NCBI GenBank assembly: GCA_945897335.1
Contig: CAMDFP010000002.1
Location: forward strand, 1 to 56,180
Length of the DNA: 56,180 nt
Source: Asaia bogorensis
GTDB taxonomy: Bacteria; Pseudomonadota; Alphaproteobacteria; SHVZ01
Direction: 5' to 3'
Notes under the pieces: generated by a model
Told to the model about the DNA's origin: nothing
What the model saw: only the letters and a program-made list of their open reading frames with translations
The model's database searches: none
Made by a program: the position numbers and the translations under genes
Part shown: positions 28,601 through 33,600 of the stretch, in pieces
How the letters are laid out: each line of letters starts with the position of its first letter
Numbering within the stretch: position 1 is the stretch's first letter

Positions 28601-29844
28601 ACGGTTTCGAAGTGAAGGCTCGGCGCGATCGTCTCGTGACGGAGCTGCAGCAGCACCTTGGCGAGGCCGGCGAGGCCGGCCGCGGTCAGCGTGTGGCCGA
28701 TATTGGTCTTGACCGAGCCGAGCCGGCAGAACCCGGTATCGGCGGTGAACTGGCGGAAGGCGGCGGTCAGCGCGTCGACCTCGATCGGGTCGCCGAGCGG
28801 CGTGCCGGTGCCGTGCGCCTCGACATAGGAGATGCCGCGCGGATCGAGGCCGTAACGGCGATAGAGCTCGGCTTCCAAGGCCTCCTGCGAGGGGCCGTTC
28901 GGCGCGGTGATGCCGTTGGTGCGGCCATCCTGGTTGACCGCGCTGCCGCGGATGATGCCCCAGACATGGGCGCCGTCGGCGAGAGCGGCTGCCAGCGGCT
29001 TCAAGACGACGGCCGCCGCCCCTTCGCCGCAGGCGAAGCCATCCGCGGCCGCATCGAAGGTGTGGCAGGCATCCGATGGCGACAGCATGCCGCCCTCGGC
29101 CATGGCTCGCATGAACTCGGGCGTGTTGATGACGCAAACACCGCCGGCCAGCGCCACCTCGACCTCGCCGCGCTCCAGCGCCTCGACGGCAAGATGAACC
29201 GCCACCAGCGAGGACGAGCAGGCGGTGTCGACCGCAAGGCTCGGGCCCTTCAGGTTCAGGAAGTAGGAGATGCGCGCCGCCAGGATGGACGGCACGTTGC
29301 CCATCAGCGCCAGCGGATTGCCGCGGACGCCGGCCGCCTTCAGAACTTCGCCATAGTCGCCGGCCCCGGCGCCGACATAGACGCCGCAGCGCAGCTCGGA
29401 CGCACGATCGCCGGCAAGCCCGGCATCCTCCAGCGCCAGCCAGGCCTGCTCCAGGAACAGCCGCTGCTGCGGGTCCATCAGCGCCGCCTCGGTCGGCGAG
29501 ATGCGGAAGAAGGTGGGATCGAAGGCGTCAGCGTCAGGAACGAAGCCACCGCTCCGCGCCAGGGCCGCCGCTTCGGGATGGCGGCCTGACGGCATGCGGC
29601 CGACGGCGGCACGGCCGCTGCGCAGCATGTCCCAATACGCGACGGTGTCGGGCGCGTCGGCAAATCGCGCGGCCAAGCCCACCACGGCGATCGCCAACGG
29701 CTCGCCCGTGCCGCGCGATTCAGCCTGGCCGCCGGCCCGCAGCAACGCTGCCGCGTCTTCGGCGGGCAGCCGGCCTTCGGCGACGAGCGCGAAGATCCGG
29801 CGTCGCCTGGCGTCGGCGGCCGATGTGGTGCCGCGTCCGGTCAT
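10675..29844 (-). CDS. Trans-AT modular polyketide synthase, terminal subunit (6389 aa): KS-cMT-ACP | KS-KR-ACP | KS-ACP-ACP-ACP*-ACP0 | KS-DH-KR-cMT-ACP | KS0-ER-ACP-TE-ACP
   Basis: One uninterrupted ORF with five KS domains (DTAC(S/T) motifs at 29218, 26143, 22807, 19681 and 14347). No AT domain follows any KS. Domain motifs are listed in the sub-features. ATG at 29844. Confidence 0.95.
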   Translation of the reverse strand: MTGRGTTSAADARRRRIFALVAEGRLPAEDAAALLRAGGQAESRGTGEPLAIAVVGLAARFADAPDTVAYWDMLRSGRAAVGRMPSGRHPEAAALARSGGFVPDADAFDPTFFRISPTEAALMDPQQRLFLEQAWLALEDAGLAGDRASELRCGVYVGAGAGDYGEVLKAAGVRGNPLALMGNVPSILAARISYFLNLKGPSLAVDTACSSSLVAVHLAVEALERGEVEVALAGGVCVINTPEFMRAMAEGGMLSPSDACHTFDAAADGFACGEGAAAVVLKPLAAALADGAHVWGIIRGSAVNQDGRTNGITAPNGPSQEALEAELYRRYGLDPRGISYVEAHGTGTPLGDPIEVDALTAAFRQFTADTGFCRLGSVKTNIGHTLTAAGLAGLAKVLLQLRHETIAPSLHFETVNPRIDLKVSPFTVPTRAEPWPRVAGAPRRAAVSSFGFSGTNVHIVIEEAPDLAPRAPASGPFPIAISARTEAALKRRAAAIRVAVTATPEMELRDLSFTLSSGRARLPVAAGFMAKDRAAVLAGLDRIASATVPVSTVDLPIALVAGARRVSLPGDPFERVRIVPPAPNPTVSTTLTPAVIDPATLRAHGAVFAAAEEWGRTALGEAMRRLGLFDMGRSTFTRAWARRRLRVIDARARLFDALIDMLVRGGVLAAEGNVVRLANVPASADVEGLRSAAPPAAKPFLDLLAAATAGHPDVLTGRRTAMEVLFPGGRGDLVEAVYRGNPLADHLNGLLAERVSTVVAGRRSLRILEVGAGTGGATRALLARLGPDVSYLFTDVARAFVGAARREFGGDERVGFAVLDLEAPLSAEVTVAGPFDVVIASNVLHATRRIGDVLTRLHGIMAPGAALVLNEVTQAQDFATLTFGLTDGWWAFEDERLPGSPVLSVDGWRQALATAGFPAVEAEGLTGEDGVMIQAVLSTTRDQAPAALVVSQPMAATPQPRVAAPTSGELERFLTEAVAGVLTMAPADIDRRARFMDYGLDSILGVALVEKLNAAFGIDLRPTVVFDHPTVADLGAHLGTLVAETGRAPAESSFASTAKVERGTERDRRIAVIGMAARFADAGDLTAFRRMLREGRSGIGEVPPSRWRADLGPDGKPDPFQLWGGFLPNAEGFDPLALRISGKEAELTDPQHRVFLMEAWHALEDAGYGETALDGRRCGVFVGAHGGDYTHRMVQAGIEPQAFAFMGNAASILSARIAYMLNLKGPAMTVDTACSSSLVAVHLACRSLLDDECDMALAGGVFVNTTKGFNIAAGTAGMLSPKGRCATFDVAADGFVPGEGAGVVVLKRLDRALADGDHIEAVIVATGINQDGKTNGITAPSPESQAALMRETYRRNGIDPNRIGYVEAHGTGTPLGDPIEIEGLSRAWADWSVPRGGAAIGSVKTNVGHAAHAAGIGGFIKAVLAVRDGEIHPSLHFRAENPRLRLGETPFRVPTTLEPWRSAQGQPRSAAVSSFGFSGTNCHIVIEEAAAVERVDAAGPQLILVSAKTPTALARRMADLAAHLEGTEPRLDDLARTLAAGRTQFERRWAVVVGTIADLKRALTGTPLNGSSDPAWTRLEALAARYRDGETIDLDDIGAGGRRVSVPAYPFELSPYWIDIKDAGVPIARAVEVRTADPATLMAPRWRPAPAPAPAMAAGTLAVVGGTPAMTRALEAAWRSAGGDGVVDAVDPGATAVVVLASGRTGEALLDAVRTVLRAKGPAVPVLVVHVGAPSDAALVAFGRSIAFFGGRAHVRALEVAAIAPEAGPAIVRELSLGVAGPREIRLADGERLRRVLEPVIAAASPLPLTDGAPCLITGGGGVLARALAVRLARRHGARIALVGRSVPGEAVAATIAAVEAAGGKAGYWRADVAEIEQLASVLVAAEARFDALAAVFHLAGVPGQGIVSEKRWDDMLAVMRAKAGGLAALDAAIGDRPLQLFVAFASLASELGDFGQCDYAAANAFADRFAIWREAERLAGRRQGRTVAVDWPLWAEGRQVMSSEGTALFSAASGLRPLASGEALDLLDAAVASGDAQVAVFPTDADAARAMLTERASEPPRPVPATPASSSGTEVVPLLVAMVAALMKLPAERLPVDANLADFGFDSIALKDFAVQISERWGVTVSPAAFFAHGTITRLADYLAAEHGIGGAAPPAAAPPPTIVPPSVTAPAAAPAPQERRLSGDDRAIAIIGMAGRFPGAPDVDAFWRHLESGHDLVGAMPEDRVTITGRRGGRGGYLDGVDRFDNAFFGISVRDAQLMDPQHRLVVEATWNAFESAGIDVTGLAGRRVGVFFASQVNEYAALVPFDETARAQMALGNIAALLPNRISWLFDLRGPSEAVDTACSGSLVAVHRAVLALRHGEAEIAVAGGVSLMLSPDAEETVKRLGVASSDGRCRVFDAGADGYVKGEGVAAIVLKPLAAALADGDPVLAVIRGSAVGHGGHAQTITAPDAVAEADVIAAAIADSGVPAASLGMIEAHGTGTQLGDPVEIEGLKAVFRRLGGGAAGSCAVGSVKSNIGHLEPAAGLAGLIKTVQALRHGVIPPTIHFTRPNPLITLAGSPLRIADKAIAWPRRDGGMRRRAGVSSFGFGGAYAHVVLEEAPVATASPAPGGPLLILWSARSADRLPAMAARLAEAAREGEVTSIDLAWTLMVGRAVLPHRAALVFRADQDLGRRLDAAAAMLSGGAAASDVFVAGDGVALEPGEATDHLIRELIAGGRLGRVARLWVAGAAIDWAAAGVPRGRRVTLPGMPFLGSRHWFRGRPGAASTVTAVPQTEPAKAVPVAAPPPVAVAPALRLVPDHSDALDRIRAMVAAALYVDADSIDVTAGIADLGLDSILAVELAREINVSFGTTLQAARLYDHPTIEALAGFVTGSAAPEPPRPLSAMPAAPEPVRELPRAVGGGDGTAIHAAIRRIVADALYVEPDAIDETAGFGDLGLDSILAVEVVKAINDRFGAGLEAARLYDHPTLAALAAHVASRVTAPAGATAPAVPAVPAVTRRDGRTADMLDAVRAAVAVALDRAPEGIDAKAPLASFAIGPESAAGILDRLATVAGFRPGLDAVGRCADLEALAVLLATGAGPVPRPTTPPALAVKAAPVRSSSPGGDLVDAVRAVVADVLTVAVEDADPDAPLATLGVDLVQAGEIAYRLNRMHGGGLKARALLEAGTIRNLVDRTQLVVQEAAPPVRTQERAVSAPQRADPVRREAVDRKETNHDVAIIGLACRFPGASDAAGFWRNLSDGVCSIVEIPPERWPAGLHDGVLTDDRQRAAVRWGGFIDGVDRFDPLFFGISPKEAEFMDPQQRLFLEEAWHALEDAGLTRDALRGSSCGVFVGAGQGDYVHLLPRDGTGLSGQMLLGNTTSILAARIAYFLDLKGPSLALDTACSSALVAVHYAARSIRDGECALALAGGVSLMLTPQMHLMTAASGMLAADGRCKTFDDGADGFVPGEGVGVVVMKRLDQALADGDRVYGVIAGSAVNQDGRTSSITAPSAASQAKLEGGLYRAARIDAGRIGYVEAHGTGTRLGDPIEISALTEAFAAAGAAGPCAIGSVKTNIGHTLAAAGSAGLIKALLAMHHATVPPSLFFARPNAHIRFEDTPFRVQTTLAPWPVERPLAAVSSFGFSGTNAHVVLAPSPLPDALRGAALAVWPIALSAPSEPALRRWAGLLADRLSDAGAPSIRDLAHTLARRRTAFKTRAALAAADVASLVPMLRALADGTAPVIGEGALPAGLVAVVRAFMAGQAADWSDLPQGRVVSLPGYPFERRRFWIEPTMPVLSVVEPAPDLVIRRDDEVIAGHMVSGRPLLPGVASLLLAARHAGQGWAEVSGLAWLAPIEVTGERRLIAKRDGAGAFTLADRDGGAPLVRATVRTGAPPSERLDPSALAAALPSEVSADAVYRFLQAAGIAYGPSFHRVESVRVGAGRALVRVRPAEVTAGPLDAEKVGHLDAALHALAAFAIADGGAATLMMPASLDRALIGPAAATAVWALLTLHPASAGGTLAADVVLTDADGVVLARLDGLRAAAPTQGPRTFVLAPEWAPAPPPGGAYDTGSIVVLHGPAAAGWAGALVAAATASGRKAWAAGLDMPLADAVGDATTVVFCGWGAGEAADGLAAIADAEKAGVVRLLALSRYLIAAGRPRRLRVLTRGAQALVPDDRILPGYAALSGFARTLAREHPALDPVVVDLPAAGAESREVARRHLAMLLSEPGTPDNVDLAYRDGRRLARRFAMLALPDVEGGRMRKAGVYLVIGGAGGIGRALSLDLARRLGARLAWVGRRAADDDIAAAVATVEAAGGAARYYKADARVPADIARVVRAVEAEWGTIHGVIHAAIVLADCRIEAMDETKLAAALHAKSRVAAALATALKGRTPDFLAVFSSSNAFTCNPGQANYAAGCTFLDAWAIAWGHAAGVPAFVIDWGFWGETGIVASDKYRQRAVAAGVDPMTTEEGLDLFRRLLGAGVTQAVVMRFAAAGRAKVEAELARRLTLTAETSIGDAGAAAHALSVPAAEPSAALRAAAAEIETIEVYARRRLLHAFSESGLLIPGRHAVDALAERARVVPGYRRLFAALLDMLARSGALKLRDGVLEIDALPAEAAPARPVVSQLAAHLALLDACLGGLADVLTGRRSYVEVMFPGGSAHLVEAVYRDNPSSDIYNALLAEAGAAFAKGATGPLQILEIGAGTGGATVGLVAALGRAGATFTYTYTDVSPRFLDYGRRLFPGRSDLHYALLDIDADPVPQGFAAGGFDLIVASNVLHAGRDLAAVVDHAKRLLKRGGVLLLNEMTARSDLATLTFGLTDGWWAFTDAGVRLAHSPLLDGDGWRGALWRAGFHDAAIGGPGGGQSVLMAVSDGWLPTRRAAQTSVSAAPVRGDVKGGQKATAAPVDKTALSAWLTHVFAETLKLEPSEIDPVESYDRYGVDSLVAMDIRANLEKSIGPLATPLLFEGVSLDGLADVLMREKPAEIAAVLGAAEPTASVSLIAAPAVPPVPVPLMPAITGREPIAIVGLSGRYPGGTDSQAFWRTLSIGASAIAAVPAARGDWQGAGAGRAGLIDDVDRFDPLFFQIAPAEAAAMDPQERLFLEVAWAAIEDAGTTPRRLGGVARRVGVFAGAMRSDYQRYGTIDFARGGPGLAGSAAWSIANRLSFLLDFRGPSLAVDTACSASLVAVRMACEHLLAGRIDAAIAGGAHLILHPQSQVAMARMGLLSPTGNGRPFAADADGFVEGEGVGAVVLKRLSDAERDGDRIRAIILGGGVNTSGRTSGYMIPNPAAEAELAEMALADAGVSASDIDYVEAQASGSPIGDPVEFAALSRAFRSAPGKRPLGSLKGTIGHLSAASGVVQLAKVVLQLEHGRIAPMAAPVRPSPEIDLDASPFRFAGDEPWPARAGRRRIATVSSYGAGGANAMLIVAEAPSPPVLHAATPDGGHVVVISARTSERLRQAAERLAAHLRTLPGLDLGAVAWTLQAGREAMAYRLALVADDAADVVASIDDFLAGRPGSWRQGKAIGHTPADLDDDAPAAAVAAAWAKGAPVDWLRLWRGKSPQPVSLPTYPFERRRCWIDMTAEPPGVVAAAPAAVPASPSTRRAVLISRPADIDEVTVAEVPLGPPGAGEIEIAVAAFGLNFGDLLSLRGAYPNLPPYPFVPGFEVAGRVAALGAGVTALAVGDAVVALTGGRGGHADRVVVPASHAIKLPDGYDLTEAAAFPIGWLTARHALDRAGVAPGETVLVTSAGGGVGPFVVQLALAAKARVLATAGSPAKLDALRRLGAEVFDYKTGDVSTWVRAGTAGRGADVVVNLLGGNAVQQGIDLLAPGGRYVEVALAGLMSGGRLDLSRFLDNQSFIAVNLGRVLAGAALTQAELAGMAAAMAAGTVRPLIDAVVPFSRIEEAYGRLARRENVGKVVVAVDAAVIRRPLVQTVRPTQPIPQAAGPLLAQLTRVAADVLGLGAAEIAPDRPLDELGLTSVSGLEIARRIEGVAGRPMPVTLLWQHRTLGRLAAALAGPALETQPAVRSPLVTIRATGTTAPVFLVHGAPGEVSWVVDLAQKLGDAVPVHAFEAPGLNGDAPVPETVEAFASIYAGLLMEAYPSGPYWLGGYSGGGAIAFAVARIMAARGRPATGLLLLDANAPGNRSLTGMDQGFGEGFIYRLAGNWLAKRWGRPMLAPDALAALDDAQRVTSVLDHLYAGAPPPMPRPEASRLIGGMDRVARVIGRALADYRAVPIEPPLRTVLFRCTQGMAPADNPLDLPAFLTDGDYRAGWDVLVGGPLELHAIECDHFSLVLEPHAGRLAAGIRTVLAGELAAGSRAHVARVVLEQVRQGLPEVPPAEIRPERSMTELGANSIDRVEVTLAAMAVLGIDIPPRDLVGLATIDALIDVLHRHAGGH
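10678..10915 (-). other. C-terminal type-II-like ACP domain fused downstream of the TE
   Basis: MTELGANSIDRVEVTLAAMAVLGIDIPPRDLVGLATIDALIDVL resembles discrete FAS-type ACPs (LGADSLDxVE....FxIxIPDE...T). Ser codon 10807-10809 (NS instead of DS). Confidence 0.75.
10975..11800 (-). other. Thioesterase domain (alpha/beta hydrolase)
   Basis: PVFLVHGAPGE, nucleophile elbow GGYSGGG (Ser codon 11539-11541), LLLDANAP and ECDHFSL (His). Confidence 0.85.
11825..12050 (-). other. ACP domain
   Basis: LDELGLTSVSGLE, Ser codon 11938-11940 (TS instead of DS). Confidence 0.75.
12109..13068 (-). other. Embedded enoyl reductase domain (MDR / quinone-oxidoreductase type)
   Basis: 320 aa from VLISRPADIDEVTVAEV to NVGKVVVAVD, with the NADPH-binding motif VLVTSAGGGVGPFVVQLA. 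Confidence 0.85.
13607..14830 (-). other. KS0 domain (non-elongating; first catalytic His replaced by Gln)
   Basis: VDTACSAS (Cys 14347-14349) is intact, but the HGTGT motif reads YVEAQASGSPIGDPVE (Gln codon 13942-13944). The second motif KGTIGH is kept. Confidence 0.85.
14945..15175 (-). other. ACP domain
   Basis: YDRYGVDSLVAM, Ser codon 15064-15066. Confidence 0.85.
15310..16000 (-). other. C-methyltransferase domain
   Basis: LQILEIGAGTGGAT, IVASNVLHAG and LTFGLTDGWW. Confidence 0.8.
16555..17690 (-). other. KR domain
   Basis: YLVIGGAGGIGRALSLDL and GQANYAAGCTF; ends near VIDWGFWGE. Confidence 0.75.
17745..18485 (-). other. DH domain
   Basis: HMVSGRPLLPGV (HxxxGxxxxP), YGPSFHRV and LDAALHALAAF. 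Confidence 0.8.
18937..20193 (-). other. KS domain (elongating)
   Basis: LDTACSSA (Cys 19681-19683), EAHGTGTRLGDPIE and KTNIGH. Confidence 0.9.
20300..21440 (-). repeat. Array of four tandem carrier-protein (ACP) repeats, each about 100 aa
   Basis: The repeat units are centred on IADLGLDSILAVE (Ser 21328-21330), FGDLGLDSILAVE (Ser 21013-21015), FAIGPESAAGIL (Ser 20710-20712) and ATLGVDLVQAGE (Leu replaces Ser, 20416-20418). The spacings are 315, 303 and 294 nt. Units 1 and 2 also share LYV(D/E)xDxID.TAG and ARLYDHPT. Confidence 0.85.
22039..23283 (-). other. KS domain (elongating)
   Basis: VDTACSGS (Cys 22807-22809), EAHGTGTQLGDPVE and KSNIGH. Confidence 0.9.
23400..23625 (-). other. ACP domain
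   Basis: LADFGFDSIALK, Ser codon 23521-23523. Has an unusual Trp at Ser+14 (ISERWGV). Confidence 0.85.
23850..24880 (-). other. KR domain
   Basis: Rossmann motif CLITGGGGVLARALAVRL and catalytic region GQCDYAAANAF; ends near VDWPLWAEG. Confidence 0.75.
25381..26643 (-). other. KS domain (elongating)
   Basis: VDTACSSS (Cys 26143-26145), EAHGTGTPLGDPIE and KTNVGH. Confidence 0.9.
26720..26950 (-). other. ACP domain
   Basis: FMDYGLDSILGV, Ser codon 26839-26841. Confidence 0.85.
27080..27740 (-). other. C-methyltransferase domain
   Basis: SAM motif I LRILEVGAGTGGAT; downstream VIASNVLHAT and LTFGLTDGWW, typical of PKS cMT domains. Confidence 0.8.
28456..29703 (-). other. KS domain (elongating)
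   Basis: VDTACSSS (Cys 29218-29220), EAHGTGTPLGDPIE and KTNIGH; ends FGFSGTNVHIVIEE. Confidence 0.9.
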
Positions 29845-29851
29845 CGCCGCC

Positions 29852-30658
29852 TCATGGGTTCAACATCATTTCGGCAAGCATGGCGCTTCCGGAGAAGGAC
29901 TGCCCGCCATCCGCAACCAGGGTGGCACCGGTCAGCAGCGAGGCGATCGGCGAGGCGAGGAACGCGGTCACTGCGGCGACGTCCTCGACCGTCCCGAAGC
30001 GGCCGATCGGCACATATTCGGCCAGCGCCGTCACATCGTCGCCGGTCAAAAGGCGCCCGAGCCCCTCGGTGTTCTCGATCGGCCCAGGCAACACGCTGTT
30101 CGCCCGGATGCCGTACTTGCCCCACTCCAGCGCGAGGCCGCGCATCAGGCTGTCGATGCCGGCCTTGGCGGCGCCGACATGGGCCTGGAAGGCGAACGGC
30201 ATGATGGCATTGGTCGCCGACACGAAAACGATGTTGCCACGCGTCCGCTTGAGCTGGGCGAAAGCGGCGCGGGCGGCGTTGAAGGAGCCGAGGAGATCGG
30301 TCGAGATCACCTTCCGGAAACCTTCCGCGCTCATCTGCTCGGCCGGCGCCGGGAAGTTCGCAGCGGCGCCGCAGACCAGGACGTCGGCCGGGCCGAAGGC
30401 CGTCTCGCTCTGGGCCAGGGCCGCCTCGAGCGCAGCGTAGTCCTGCACGTCGCATTGTACTGCCAGCGCCTTGGTTCCCTCGGCTTCGAGCTGGTGGCAG
30501 CAAGCGTCGAGCTTCTCGATGGTACGGCCGGCGAGCACGACGCGCGCGCCGAGCGAGCCCATGCCGCGGGCAATGGCGAAGTTGATGGTGCCGCTGCCAC
30601 CGGTGACGAACACGGTGCGCTGCTCGAACAGGTTCGCTACGAAAAATCGCTTAAGCAT
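29852..30658 (-). CDS. Short-chain dehydrogenase/reductase of the 2,4-dienoyl-CoA reductase (DECR)-like subfamily
   Basis: Starts MLKRFF at ATG 30658; the track start at 30949 is an extension inside the upstream PKS gene. Motifs: VFVTGGSGTINFAIA, VCGAAANFPAPAEQMS, HVGAAKAGIDSL in place of the classical YxxxK, and NSVLPGPIENTEG. This pattern matches DECR-type SDRs. The ATG lies 3 nt before the PKS stop (ATGCTTAA). Confidence 0.8.
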   Translation of the reverse strand: MLKRFFVANLFEQRTVFVTGGSGTINFAIARGMGSLGARVVLAGRTIEKLDACCHQLEAEGTKALAVQCDVQDYAALEAALAQSETAFGPADVLVCGAAANFPAPAEQMSAEGFRKVISTDLLGSFNAARAAFAQLKRTRGNIVFVSATNAIMPFAFQAHVGAAKAGIDSLMRGLALEWGKYGIRANSVLPGPIENTEGLGRLLTGDDVTALAEYVPIGRFGTVEDVAAVTAFLASPIASLLTGATLVADGGQSFSGSAMLAEMMLNP

Positions 30659-33600
30659 CGTCCACCACTTCAAGCGCCATTGCCTCGTCGACATCGATCT
30701 CGCCGGCCTCGAGCCGAGCCAGCAACTGCTCCAGCGTCGCCGCCGTCCCTCGATCCGGGTTCGGAGCGGCACCGCTCTTCGCCGCTTCGCGGGAGAGGAA
30801 TTCCGCCTCTGCGTTGACGGGGGCCGCCTGCCGCCGTGCCTCGATCCGCTCGCGCAGGCGCCGCGTCTTGCCCTTCGCCTCGGCGACGCGGCGGTCGACG
30901 GACCCATTCTCTTCGGGCCGAAGCGCCGGAGCGGTCGTCGCGAGCGCATCGACGAATTCGATCTCGATGAAGCGGGCGAGATCGCGCACGGTGGCGAAGT
31001 TGAACAGGGCCGTGGTCTTTAGCTCGATGCCGAAGCGGGCGTTGATGCGGCGCACCAGCTCGACGCTGATGATGGAGTCTGCGCCGTAGTCGGCGAAGCT
31101 GCCGCTCGGTTCGACCTCGCCCGGAGCCAGATGCAGCGCCTCGGCCACCACGACGAGCAGCGCCGCCTCGACCGCGCCCGTCGGCCCGCCCGCAGCCAGC
31201 GCCGATCGGATCTCAGCAACCTTCGCCGCCGTGCGCTCACCCAGCGGCGCCCGCGCCAGCAGCACGCTCTCGACCTCGTCGGGCCCGGCGAGCCCGGTCG
31301 CCCGCGGGTCACGGAAGCGAGCGGCCTCCAACGCCGTCGCCCAGCCGGCGCGCGACAGCAGCGGCGCGCCCGGCAGGCGTATCTCCGGGTCGTCGAAGCC
31401 CCACCACTCCGGCGTCAGGCCGAAGGTGAGCGTGTTGAAGTCATGCGCCGAGGTCGCTTCCTTCAGCACCAGCAGGCCGTCGACCTTCAACATCCGGCCG
31501 AGATGGCCGAGCGTCTCGGAAATGCGCGCCGTCGCATGCACGACGTTGGCGGCCAGCACCACATCGACCGAGCCATCGGGTATTCCCTGCGGGCCGCCGG
31601 GACGGCTGGCGTCGAGCAGCTTCGTCTCCAGCCCGGCGCGGCCTTCGAAGCGGCGGCGGGCGGCGACCAGAAAGCTCGGCCCGATGTCGGTAAAGACATA
31701 GGTCATCTTGGCGGCGAGCGACGCCAGCGCGTCGAGCACGAAGGCGGTGGTGGCGCCGGTCCCGGCACCGATCTCGAGCACCCGAACCTTTGCCTCGGGA
31801 TGACGCGTCAGGAGGCGGCGGACCTCCGCGACCACCGTCTCGGCCGCCAGCCGCTGCAGCCAATCGACCAGGCGGTTCCCCCGATAGATTGCCTGTACCA
31901 GGCGGTCTGAGCCGTCGGGGAACAGAAGCGTCGTGGCCTTGACCCGGCCGGCGACGACGTCGGGCACTGCCGGCACGGTGCGATCGAGCAGCGCCACATA
32001 GGGCGCGGCCTCGGGTCCCGCATCGAGCAAGGTTTTGCGCAGCGCCGTCGACGACGAGGTCGAAGGCGCAGCCTCGGCTACCGTCCGCGCCGCTGCAGCC
32101 AGTCGCGTCATGGCCGGGCCGTTCGGCGCCGGCAGCGGCGTCTTGGCGAGCGTCTCGGCCAGCAGTGCCCGGGCATAGCCGTCGACGGCGGCGAAGCGGC
32201 CGGGATCGAGATCGGCCGGCGGCGGGTTGGCGGCGATGAACGCCTCCAGTTCGGCCACCGCCTGGTCGTTCGCCCGCCCGGCATCGACACCGAGCGGACC
32301 AAGAAGGTCATCGCGCAGCTTCAGCACCAGCACGTGCCGGGACGTGCCGGCGAGCACGGCCGACAAGGCGGCGAAGCCCTCGTCATTGCCGATCGGCCAG
32401 ACGCCGAGGCGACGCATCTGCGCCAAGCTGGTGGCCTCGGCCATGCGTCCAGCCTCGCCCCACAGGCCCCAGTCGATCACCCGCGCCCCGGCACCGCCGC
32501 GGGCGAGCACCAGCGCGTCGATGAAGGCGCTCGCCGCCGCATAGGCCGACTGGCCGCGATTGGCGGTATAGGCGTTGCTGGAGGAGAAGGCACAGACGAA
32601 GCCGGTCTCGATGCCGTCGAGCGCCGACAGCAGATTGATCGCGCCCGCCGCCTTCGGCGCGACGACGGCCCGGAAGTCGCGCTCGGCAAGGTCGCCGACG
32701 AGGCCGTCATGCATCACCAGCGCGGTATGGAAGACGCCGTCGAGTTGCCGCGACTGCCCGGCAGCCTCGGCAACGGCAGTGCCGAGCGCAGCCGGGTCGG
32801 CGAGATCGGCGACGCGGTGGACGATGCTGCCGCGGGTGAGACCCGTGAGCCCCTCGGCTTCATCCGGCGAGGGCGGCCGGCGACCGATGAGCCAGACCGA
32901 GGCACCGTGACGCTCGGCCAGATGCCGGGCGAGCGCGCGGCCAATGCCGCCGGCGCCGGCGATCACGTAGCGGCCGTCCTCGCGGAAGGTCTGGGCGGGC
33001 ACCAGGGCCACCGGCTTCAGCCGCTTGGCGAGCCACCTGTCCCGCCGCCAGGCCAGCTCGGCATCCGCCGGCGCTTCGGCATCGCCACACGCGGCAGCGA
33101 CAAGGCCGGCTCGGGACGACTCGTCGGCCCAGGCGCGGGCGTCGAGGTCGATGAGGCGCACAGCAAGATCCGGCAAGTCGCGGCCGATCGCCTTGGCCAG
33201 CGCCGTCACCGCCGTCGGCTCCGGCATCGCTGCTTCGCCATCCACCAGCGCCTGCGCATTGCCGGTGACGACGCGGAGCGTGACGCCGGTCTCGGCAAGC
33301 CCGGCTCCGGCGATCACCTTGGCCAATCTCAGAAGAGCGATGGTCGCAGTCTCGCGCTGGCGCTCATGCGCGGCGACGTCGGCCGGAGCGTCTTCGTCCG
33401 GGCGCCAGCCGCCGAGGAAGACGATGCGCGCGATCGGCTGCGGCACGTCGGCGAGCCAGGCCTTGAGCCGCTCCAGCCCATGCGCCTGCCGTCCGCGCAT
33501 CGTCAACAGCACGGCACCCTCGCCCGCCGCAGCGGCCAGCGCCGCACCGAGTCCGCCGTCACCGTCATGCCCGACCACAAGTGTGATACCCGCCTGCGCG

